Origin: Lingula anatina
Lineage: Eukaryota; Animalia; Brachiopoda
Reading direction: 5' to 3'
NCBI GenBank assembly: GCA_051362555.1
Contig: CM120641.1
Span: forward strand, 2,170,001-2,234,000
Length of the DNA: 64,000 bases
Of this stretch, positions 51,147-64,000 are shown piece after piece. The position numbers were made by a program, and so were the translations under genes. Below the pieces are notes generated by a model. It made no database searches. It was not told where the DNA came from and was given only the letters and a program-made list of their open reading frames with translations. Position 1 is the stretch's first letter. Each line of letters starts with the position of its first letter.

Positions 51147-53180
51147 ATGACGGGTTCATTTTTTCTTACAATCTTGACCATTTTGGTTACCACAGGACAA
51201 GGAACACCAAGTTTTTTACAGCGTCCCTCTAACTGCGATAAAGATGTACGACTGGCGTATTCCGTTCTCAGCACACACAACGTTGATAACAGACTCCAGT
51301 GCTACTTGAAATGCCTTGATGATCCGGCATGCTTGTCCTTCAACTTTGAAGATGTGTCAGAAAACAAGACTCGACTTTGCGAGTTGAATTCGAAAATAGT
51401 GGACAAAAGAGGAAACAATTTGGAAACTAAAAGGGGCTTTGCATACTACGAAAAGGTAAATCCTGCTACATAAATCTTCATAATATCTTCTAGCCGTAAC
51501 AAAACAAAGTAATCTTTTATGTAGCTGGTATATACAAATTTCTCTCATCGAAATGGATAAATCTTTGAGGGTATGACAACCATATTGAGCAACCCTGTAT
51601 ATAAAAGCCGTTAAAGAATCTTGAGTTTTCGAGAGTTTTCGAGCACATATTGAAAATGTGTTCTGAGAAAGTTTTGTTTCATTTTCAGACGAACGGGTTT
51701 GATAAAGGCGTCCAAAGTTGTGCACTCACTGAAGCAAGTAAGTCATTCCAATTGTAACTGCTCTATGATGCTTCCAACGTAAGGGGCTTGTTTAGCGGGA
51801 GAAACGTAATTCACATAATCTATGCTCATTTCCACAATCTTTTGCGACTTCTTTTTACGACTATTTGTTAAATATGGGGGTTTCCTTTCTTTTTTCAGCA
51901 TATCCATACACCTGTATCCAGTTGCAGTCCAAAAACTACCCGACGTACTATTTTACATATGACAGCTCTGATTCTGACAGAGCTAAAATTCTTGAGGACG
52001 ACAGAAAGACCTTCCGAATCCTTCGACCTGGATTGACGGGAGAGGAAGGAACTGTTTCCATCGAGTCCAACGATAAACCGGGTCACTTCTTCCGGTACCG
52101 CGCAGACACCAATGCCGTACATCTCTGGGGAACCGATCCAGAATCTTACAGTCCAGAAACTTTCTACGAGGATGCTACCTTCAAAATTCGATATGGCACC
52201 TGGTTTGCCGGATATTTGGCGTTTGAGGCAGCGTATAATCCAGAGAAATATATTTCTCATGGGCACTTTCATTTGTCTGTGAGCTCTTTTCAAGATACTG
52301 ATGGCTACAAAAACAATGCTGCTTTTAAAATCCGTAAGTACATGGGTGAAATATAGCCCTAAAGCTGTTGAAATATTTTCGTTTTATCGGTAACAAATGT
52401 CGACGTAGGTGCTGGCTTTTGAATCTTGAACACCTTTACTTTTTCAATATTTGATCTCAGCTGCTATGGAAAGGCAGGAAAACAAGATTGAAGGGAATTG
52501 TTCAGGGTCTACTACTTGGTCACTGTTGAATAAGATATGTTTAATAAAATATTTAAGAGTTGACTTTGAAATCGGTTTAAATATTCGACAGTATAAATTG
52601 TAACGATTGATGTTAGGGCTCGTTTAGGGAAAATGACAGTATCAGAAAAAATGATTTTCTTGAGGTGAAAGGAAAACTTGATTGTTTTGACTTCAATTGA
52701 AGTTGGCTTTTTTGTAACTGTATTTTTACAGTTCCAGCTCCTACATGCACTTACCTTCAGAAGGGTGTGAAAATGCAGTCCTATAACCTTCAGACTTACT
52801 TCATGACGTACGACAGCAATACCAACTACTGCCACATTATCAACGGTGACACCAAAACCTTCAACATTTGGAGTCCCGGTCTAACCGGAGTGGCGGGAAC
52901 GGTGTCCATCGAATCTGCTGACAAGCCTCATTGGTTCTTTCGGTACAAGATCTCTAACTCGGCCTATACCAATCTTGAATACCGTCCAGCGCCAGCACAA
53001 GGAAGTTCAAATTTTGATGAGGAGGCGACCTTTATCATCAGGCAGGACATTTTACACGCCGGATGGTTTGCTCTGGAAGCTTCTACGATGTCCAACTACT
53101 ATCTTTATCACTCGGGATATCGAATCTACCTTAACCAAAATGTTCATACGTTGGATAGTGCTGCCTACCGTTTTGTTTAG
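51147..53180 (+). CDS. Secreted PAN/apple + 2x AbfB-like protein, copy C (413 aa)
   Basis: Exons 51147-51455, 51689-51737, 51899-52333, 52732-53180; GT-AG, phases match copies A/B; open frame. Confidence 0.85.
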
Positions 53181-56100
53181 ATAAGACTTTGTATCAAAGA
53201 TTCGTTTTTTTCGATAGTGTCTGAACATAGCAGTCAATTGTAACATTAAAAGATCCAAAAAGCTCTGTTTGCATTTTTACTATGTACTAAATTACTATGT
53301 TTTTGCTGTTTAATTCATATATTTATTTTTTGTCCTCTCACGTTAGTTTTCAGGTCTCCAGAGGATGTTATTCAGAAAATAAAATCAGTGTGGCCTTAGT
53401 ATAGTACAGTATCAGAGCAAAGTAATAAGTTCATTTGAAACTTAAGAGTTCATGGCTAAATTATATATTAAATGCTTTATGGGTATTGTACGCCTTTATT
53501 ATACTCCAGATACCGAAAATTAGTTTTTCTTGAATCTAATTATTCAATAATGTGTCTATCTTTGTGCTAATTAAAAAAAAACAATAAAATATTGGCGCCT
53601 GTATTTTTCGTTGCAATGTAAAGTATAAGGAACTCAAAGCTTTTATCAAGAAATAGCAATTGGTATGGGGCGTAACTTCATCCCTGAACAAGATTTTATC
53701 ACGAAAATTGAAATAGTTGACCATAAATCAATGGGCTACAATTCCGTGTCGCCATTTTGGTTAAATGATTTTGTTATGGAGTTGTGATCCCCTAATTACA
53801 GATTTTCATTATACAAAGGTATTATTTTGCTTTATCACTGGTAAAATATGAACTAAGGATTTTAAGGAAAATCTCTGGCAGGGTACTAAATGGTGTCATT
53901 AAATTGGCGTTAAAACAGTGTTCGTAGGTGCTCAGGTAAAAGAGAAATTGAGAAAAAAAAAATTCAAACTTTACCCTCAAACCGCAATAGTGACGTCACC
54001 CTTAAGTTGACATGTGGATAACTGAAAAATGAAGATTTATCCGGAAGAATGTGAGGTAGTAAAAAAGGATTTTTTTTTTTTTTTTTTTTTTGGCAAAAGC
54101 TTATTAATATAGTATCCTGAAAAAACTTGATATTGTTTCTATTATTTCCTTTTTTCGTCACATTGCCAGTTGTGCAGAGATTTCGTCTTCTCTACTGCAA
54201 TCGTGCGTCACATTGCTTCTTTGATCCATATAACGACTGGGGAGGGGGGGCTAGAGTCAAGCATTTTTGCGTTTTTTTACAATCTCCACATTTGATATCA
54301 CACACAGAGACTGATAATTAAATTCTCTCACTGTTTTCTTAAAATACTTTTGTATCAAAGTGGTTTCTTCACACTATTTTTTATTATGTTCATTATTTTA
54401 TTTATTTATTTAATATGATTGGTTTAAAGGGGGAGGGGGAGGGGTCATCAAGTCCTTTTCTACATTTCAAAACCCAATTCCTTCCTTGACTCAGTAAATC
54501 AACATTTCAACAAGTTATAAAACACTGATGCAATAAAACAAGATGTGAATCAATTTGACAGTATTTAATGCAAATACTCATACAATCCATATCCAGAGTT
54601 CAAGTCCTACTGATAAGTAAGAATTTAGCTTCACAACCTTTATAATAAATAAGCATTGGGCTACATACCAGCACGTAGCAGAATTTTTTAATTCTTGCAA
54701 CTAAAAAACTGGGTGTTCCTTGAAAAATGCCTCAGTTTCCACTAGGAAAACTGTTTCACTGAGCATCATAATTTCAACTTTTGTTCAACATTTCTTGTAA
54801 GTTTCCCCTTGCATACAAACTTTCACTCATTCTCTACAAGTGATCATTCATTTCTCAAACACTACAGCACAACAGCAATTGCAAATTTTTGATTGCAAAA
54901 AGAAAATTCTCTTAAAGATGATTTTTAAATTATTTCTCTCCAGAATTACTGACATGATGCTAAATATACATATATATAAAATGAAAACAAGAAAAGGACT
55001 AAAAAACTTCTGGAATACCAGCGATCCACCAAAAACTGTTATATGAAACTACTATCATTTAAACATTGCCCTCATGTTGTTCATTAAGCCAGTCTGAGCT
55101 GCTGTAACTTTGGTAAAAGGTGCTAAATAATAAAAGATAAAATTGCAATCCTGCTTTTTTGTGTGGTTTTCATGGTTTCAGTCAGGACTACATCTGATAA
55201 CAATATTTTAAGTTATCAACGCATTAAAAAAACCTGAACAACACAAACTTAGCAGGTAACTGAAATAAAGTTAATGATAAAATTTGCGCAGTGCTTTCAC
55301 TGATCATGTCAAACTGTGAGCACAATATTGCCAAGTTAATTTCTGTGGTGTGAAAATTTGTGAAATTGTCAAGATCTACTAATACTATAATTAGGTCTTG
55401 AACAGTTTGGAATTACTAATTATCTTTTTATGAAAATTTCAGAATAAAGAAGATGAATGCAATCTCAAAGCACACTGCCTTGCGTTACAACATACTTGTA
55501 AGCTAAAATACCATGGCTTTGAAAACCTTTGTTATTATGAATGTATAGATCTTAATGCATTATTTAATGATGAAAATATATAAAATACTTATTCTACTAT
55601 AGGTATATACACTAATATACAGTGCAGAACAAATTATCAACCCCTCACATTTTACAGATAAAAATGGCATTTGGTCCCTTATTGAAGGCAGTGAACAAAC
55701 CAATTATTTCTAGGCAAAACCTGATTGAAAAATTAAGCATCTTTTTTTAAAAGCTGTGGCAAAAGTCACCTTTTATCTCTTCAGTATAACTTCAATGGCA
55801 ACTGTATTGAATAAAGAGAAAACTATACGATAAAAACTTTTTGCAATATGTAAGATATACTTTTAGATGTCCACTTTGGGCTATACTGCCCAACAGGAAG
55901 CAGATGGTGAGTAAATCATCAGCAATGAATTGAAGAAATTTGAAGGCCTTCTCATATTGAGTGGTATACTTGAGCAATAGTGTCTGTACCAGTCCACTTT
56001 GAGAGAACTTAAACCACTTAACTGTACGAACTTTAGATGAGGGGGTCACCTAAACACGACCCCTGTGCTCACGCACACATGGCCAATTGATCAACTTCTG

Positions 56101-56741
56101 CACAAACAGTGGGATGGAATCACGCTAGTTAAAGCCAGTACAACGTGTTTGACAATAACCAGTAAGGACATGTCCAGTCTAAGTGTTATAGTACAGAATG
56201 TATCCTAAAGTGTACTGCTTCATGTGAAAAGGGTCCTGAGCATGACAGTAATCAGCTGGCTTATATGTCTACTCCCCATGCTCTCCTTAAACTAAATGCT
56301 ATATATGTTAATTAAAATCTAATCAGTGATAGGAAATTAAAAAAAAATCTGAAGGGTGTTGCCACATTTGTAGAAAAATGTAAATGGTTTCCCCTAATCA
56401 AATTTATGACAATTAAAATGTATGAACTGTGAGGTCCAGAGATAGGCCAGTCCAGGAGTGTGACAAAACTTGGGGGGAAAACTGAGCAACAAAGTCATCC
56501 AGTTGCAGTGAAAACTTGTTTTCTAGTGAATTCCAGACAATATCTCAACTCATTGGTGTTGCTTCAAATTATCCATCTTGTATCGTGATCCACATACTAA
56601 AAGACTCCTATATATTTATAATCATACTGCCATAAATCCAAATGTTTGTCATTGCCCATGACAGTGCATCCAATATATATACCATCTGAATATAACCAAC
56701 ATTGAAACAATTCACATTCTAGGGGTTACGAGGACTACCTG

Positions 56742-56911
56742 GCCCCGGTTTCACAAAAAAAAAATTAAGTCAGGTTCCTTGGCTAAGAACTTAATTACCA
56801 TGGTTACATGGTCACATCTTACCCTATCTGGCACATTGTTACAGCACTCTCATGGAAATCCTACTCAACTAAGCCAGGAAACTAACTTAAGTTTTTTAGT
56901 GAAACTGGGAC
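56742..56911. mobile_element. MITE-like element with 3-bp CTG target-site duplication, in the putative CDC42SE 3'UTR
   Basis: TIRs gccccggtttcacaaaaaa / ttttttagtgaaactgggac; ctg at 56739-56741 and 56912-56914. Confidence 0.68.
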
Positions 56912-57805
56912 CTGTACTATGACAATGAAGTTCTCCATGTTCAGCACATGTGGGTGTTTGTGACATGTTCTGTGCTCCCAGTAATGTAAGACCAGATACT
57001 TTCACTGCTATCATTTCCAGTTTCTTGGTAAAATACTGTAGACGCCAGGAGGCATGTGAGCCAGCCACCTGGGGGTTCCTTTTGATAAATAAAACCAGTA
57101 CTTCATGTCTGCTTTGACAGTCCAGTGATGTGCTGATGTGTATATATGTGTTATGACATACGTATCCATATACTAGTACGTGTAAAATCCATATTTCAGT
57201 TTTGAATTTTGCACCACAAAGCTGCTGCTGTTACTACACTACTGTGCCCCCTTTACATCATGTATATCCAGATATATCTGATATATATATATATATAAGT
57301 ATATCAAAACCCATGCATCATCTCAGCACACAATGTGCAGCTGCTGTCAGTCTATAATTGTCTGCATTCTTGTTCATTTGGTCAATGCTTTCTTCAGACT
57401 GTGTTTGCATAGGCTGTCTCCCTGCTGCACTGTCATTGTGTGGTTATATTGAATGGAGATCTGGGCACAGGTTTATTACAGCACTGGGGGCTTGGCAGTG
57501 TGAACAGTTTGTTTTCTTTTATAAAATATCATCCATCAAAGGACAGTGAGCAACCTGAAATAGATTTGCAAAATATCAATTCTTTGTGTCTTTTTGAATA
57601 GTTAACTGTTTTATAGTCTTTTTGCATTAATGTTTATTAAGCTAGACTGTAGATCATTGTTATTATTATCACAACACCTTTCAAGAATATTTCAAAATGG
57701 AGCTGGTGCAAGTCTTAAATGTGCATCTGGTATTTCCCACTCTTTTAAAGGTGATAACATATATGAAATGTATATTATTAAATTTGTATCTAACTCCACT
57801 TACCC

Positions 57806-59277
<1,472 letters not shown>

Positions 59278-62200
59278 CTTGTGAGCAGCGGAGGACCCCA
59301 GCTTGACAGGCGGACGCTTCACCAGCTTAACTGCAATCAAGAGAAAGGAATATTAACACACAGAACATATGGTATAAGAACAAGACCCACCAGTTTCAAT
59401 GCAATCAAAAAATATACATACTATAATACATAATTATATCATTGTCTGTAAGCAAGACCTAATATAGGAAGGGTATGTCAGCTAAACCACGATCAACAAG
59501 GAAGAGACAGAACAGGAGCTAGGAATGGACTGAATACATCCTTGTGTGCTGAAATATAAACTTTTCCATTATATCTGCAGAGACATAGGACTGCAGGTCA
59601 CAATAATAAAATAATAATAATAAAATGGCCCATTCTAAAATTGAACCAGTCCATTTTTTTAGTTATATATTTCCGGACATGTTTGGCCTCCCCAAACTTC
59701 ATGTTGAGAAGAACCAGAGCTGGCATATGGGCCCCAGCACTACTATACTACACTGTGTGGAACAACTGCTTGCCTTGGTACAAGCAGTGGCTATTTCCTT
59801 TAGGCCAGTTTCCACTCAGTCTGACCCACCTCAGGAAGAAGTCTAATGAATTGTGATTAGCTCACCATAAGAAGCCAATCTAATCTATCTGTTGCCCCAC
59901 CTGTCATCACTGTAATTGAAATACATTGCCTTGCTATGTTAAGTTAATAATATCCAGATTTCCTGAGCTGAAATAGTTCATACTACGTAAGGCCCACCTA
60001 TCTCCAGTGGAAACTGGCCTTCAGATTTGTGAAGAGGTCCATGGCTAGGTCAGTCTGTCATGTAGACTGAAGCCCAACACACAATTACACTGGTCAACTG
60101 TCAACAAGAGACAGCCTTTCTAAATACTATTATTGTTTTTTATTTAAAGAAGCATGTAAAACAATCCATAAACCATAATTTATAGAGCTTCAAACTAAAA
60201 CTTTTCTTTCCTTTTACAATGCATGAGACAATAACATAAGTATGAAAAAAAAACATACTGACAAAAAAAAAATTACTGCAGTAAAATGTTTGATTATGTG
60301 GTCTTTATATTACCAAGGCCAAAATGTTTGACAATGTTTCTGGTTAATCTCCTTGCCTGTGTTAGGGAGGCTCAGCCTTTTACAAAGCAATTTTCCAATC
60401 CTGACATTGGTTTTAAAAAAGAATGTTTTGGGGATTGCGTGCTATGTGCCAGTAACCAGCTGTTAGGAAAAGCTTGCATATTTATAAATATTAAATGCAA
60501 CAAAGATCACACCCTTATGATGACTTGTCAACTGAAAAATCATACTTAATTCAAACCTATGTATTATTTTGGAAACTGTTCTTCATACATTTCATATTGC
60601 AGGTGTCTTTTATTACATAAACTTAACTGAGGACTGGAAGTGGATAATAAACATGGCATGATAATTTTTATCTGACATAAAGTCATATTTATTACTTATT
60701 CCTCCTAAGGAAAAAAAAACATTCACAAAAATGTAGTAGTTAACACAGTGAAAAGGTCCCAGTAAAAAATACAGAAAGCCTGATCTAAAATGGCAGTTTT
60801 AATGCCCTTACTCCAAGATGTCAACCCTGTAAGAACTTACTGATAAGGTCCAATCCAGTACAAATTCATAACAAGTAAATATCAAGTTTCAAAGTGAATG
60901 AAGTAACAGCATTTCAAGCCCGTTTCACCTCATTCTGGCCAGACTTCCCAGCATTCTGTGTCATGGCATAATTTACAAAAATTGAAATTATTTTAGCATG
61001 GCCTTCTAAACCACTACGTCTGAGTTTCCATCCATATAAGATTTGAAGATATGACTTGAACTATAAAACAGCCCATAAATATATCATGTCCTCATAATAT
61101 GTTTCATAACACACAAAGAGGTGACTCAACCAACTTTTTTTTTCATCATCAAAATAACATTTTCTTACCTTTTTCTTTGTCGGGTCAGTAAGTCCTGTTT
61201 ACTGTGGTGGAAAAACGGTCCTGTTTTTAAAAAACTTTATCTCTGCCTTACTTAGATAACAGTTTCTCATCTCATGACAAGTCTCTCAACAGATAACTGT
61301 GTGCTACCGCTTTTTATGTTTTGTTTGTTCATGTAAGCCGACACAAGTCAACTGTACGATCTTATCACCTTTTGCCACTCGGTTCACGAGCCGATGAGAA
61401 GAAAAGGTCTAGGTTACAGGTAGATATGTGCGGCAACTTTAACATCAGAGCTCTGATTAATTAAGGTATGCTTCCTCATCTTGGTAATCAATTCCCCTGT
61501 TAATATCCAGCATTATCAGAAGTATGGTGAACTTTTCAACCTCCATATCAACCTATTAGGTATATATACATGCTCTTTTTATCACTCCATGAGAAATGTT
61601 ATTCCCTCACTTACCAAAATGTTCACAACACCTGTCTGGTTTTGATGCCTTTATCTTTCAAGGTCATTAAAAAGAACACGTCCTTATCATGCATAATATA
61701 TATGATTCTTTCTCCCTTCTCTGCTTACCTTGTCCTTGGAAACAATGTCTTACTGCAGTAAAAATAAGTATAGCATACACCAGAAAGATGACAGGAGCGA
61801 GAGAAAAAAAAACCAAAATGGGAATTTTTCTAAGACTGAGCAGAAAAAATTTTATATATGTATCCGGATTCTTAGTGCGCTGAAAAACCACAGTGACATA
61901 ATAGCGTGTCACAGTTAATTAACTTTCACATCTAGCCAGACACACTGAATTCATAAAAAACAAGAATTTTCAATGTGTTTTATAATACAGTCAAACCATA
62001 ACATTTTTAAAGATCCTTGTCTATATATAAACACTGTTTCTATCAGACTTTTAACAATCACAAACTGTACTTTAATTCAGCCACTTTGGGGCACTGTAGT
62101 ATGTATACGTCTTAGCACTAAAAGGTGCCTGGATGACGGCAATTTTAATTTTAATTGGTAACAATATTACTTCATCAAACAACAGAAAACAAAAACTCTG

Positions 62201-63137
62201 TATCACCATGCACGTACACAGTTAAAATCTATTTACTCACTAAACATACTTCTGCTGCTTAAATGGCACGAATAGGTACACTCGAGAGACTTTTAAGTTG
62301 ACTTTCCCACTTCAGCAAACAAATAAAAAATATATAATACCTTTACTTTCCACACAAGAACATTCCATTTCATCGACTGGAGCTGTGACCCCTTTGTGCA
62401 TCCCCATCTGGTAAATATTAATATTTTGTCACCACTCTCACAGGACTGTACTTTAAAAAAGTCACCTCGAGATCGACCACCTACTGTGACAGAAACCCAC
62501 TTTAGCCTTAACTTCATTAATCCAGCCAGGTAAATAGTTTCATAAGACCCCCAGGATGGCTGCCTCTGCCCAGAGAATGCTAAATGAATGGTGATAAATG
62601 CAAATTCAACAAAGCATAATATCTATTAATCCTTTACCTCTGATAAACTCTACCAGAGATTAGTTAAATTTGGTGACGGGGATTTGTTTGAAGGTGGCAT
62701 GTGGGGGGAACAGGTTGATTAAGTGTTTTCTAATTGTTTCCCTCTACCATCCATTACATGTGTACTACATGAGTACAGGTAATTAAACCACTGGGAGGAT
62801 GATTCGTTAAGCCGGCTCATCTCCTCGTTAAACACGCTCTTCACCTGAGACAGCTTATTAACAGTTAGTAGCTATTAATTTTACCTTTGAGCTATCTCTT
62901 AGACTGGTAATGTTTTTTTTTTTTTTTCTAAAACATTTAAGCTCACTTGTATTTAATTTTTGGCATCTTTATAATGTGTACAAATAACAATCTTTGGACT
63001 TGACTTTAATAAAACAACAGAGAAAGAAAGATAAATTCCAAAATATACAAGTTTGGTAAAAAAAAAAGTACTATCACCATTATCCTATTAATTTTACATG
63101 TTATATTTGAATAATGAATGAAGAAATAAAAGTGCAT

Positions 63138-63249
63138 CTGTTCACCCAAGGACTTCGTTAGACCAGAGTTGGTCCTATTTGTATCAGTGTAGCTTGCATA
63201 AGACCTTGAAGACTGACTTTCAGGTCTAAAACTATCCTTGTGTGAACAC
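63138..63249. mobile_element. Short inverted-repeat (MITE-like) element
   Basis: tgttcacccaaggacttcgttagacc vs reverse complement of ggtctaaaactatccttgtgtgaaca. Confidence 0.45.
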
Positions 63250-64000
63250 ACCCAGTGATGTTGAATCCATGAACCACCTAATGCTAGTAACAGTGCAGAT
63301 TATTCCCATACCTGGCCTGCTGGCAGCTCAGTCTGGGTGGCGTAATGGCATGCCCTCCCAGTACCTTGAGACACCTGAACTCCTGATTTATTCTCACCTT
63401 TTATTACCACACTGAGTGCTACATGCAACTGAAGGCAACCGATAGCAATCATCATCACTGTTAAATTCATATTTCACCTTTTGTGCACCTGCTTGTCTGT
63501 CAAATCAATCCAGTATCTTAGAGTTCCAGTGTAGTAGAAAGAAAGTGATAAGTTTGCTACTGAAGGATTCATTAAGGAGATGGCCATCACATCTTTCAAA
63601 TAAGGTCTGTGTAATTGTTTATAAAAATGAATCAAGAGCACAAAAAGTATCTTGCTACAGTAAGTTGCATCAACTATGGGGGAAAAAAAGTCCATTTTTT
63701 CAGATAAAGTCTCCACCCCACCTTTTCCTTGGAAATCCCTGGGTATGGGCCTGATAGTTCTGGTTGGTAAAAGCTTTTACTGACTCTTCTAGTACACCTA
63801 GTCCAAAAACAAGGGTGGTGCACATCTATCGGCTAATTGTTTTAGAATGAGGCAGCACAGTTGCCGCAGTTAATTAAAATATCTTCAACTCCAAATTTGT
63901 CACCTATTTTCTGCCATGTGGAAAACTGACAACCCCTGACATCCCACCTCCTGTGACACTGACAATATGTGACAACCTAGTTCTGAGAGAGAGAGAGAGA

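Noticed and set aside
59400-64000. Short ORFs and candidate 5' non-coding exons of CDC42SE (e.g. donor-like site near 61168)
   Set aside because: No recognisable protein motifs; UTR exons cannot be supported without transcript data.

Overview
AT-rich eukaryotic (invertebrate metazoan-like; species not determinable from the sequence) genomic DNA with spliceosomal GT-AG introns. Left half: 15 coding exons (4603-28741, +) of a ZMIZ1/2 (Zimp/tonalli-type SP-RING) gene whose first exons lie upstream of the window. Right end: a CDC42 small effector gene (CDC42SE/SPEC, -). Between these two conserved genes is an accessory block. It contains (i) a 3-exon, 1516-aa acidic, disordered protein gene (-) with a 4-kb exon carrying a 42-aa tandem repeat, and (ii) three tandem, intact 4-exon paralogs encoding secreted proteins with signal peptide + PAN/apple domain + two AbfB/CBM42-like beta-trefoil domains. 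The paralogs are near-identical except at the predicted sugar-binding sub-sites and show mosaic relationships. A 5'-truncated, inactivated L2/CR1-type LINE, several MITE-like inverted-repeat elements and micro/minisatellites are also present. All exon phases were checked by hand; family assignments rest on motif recognition, not database searches.
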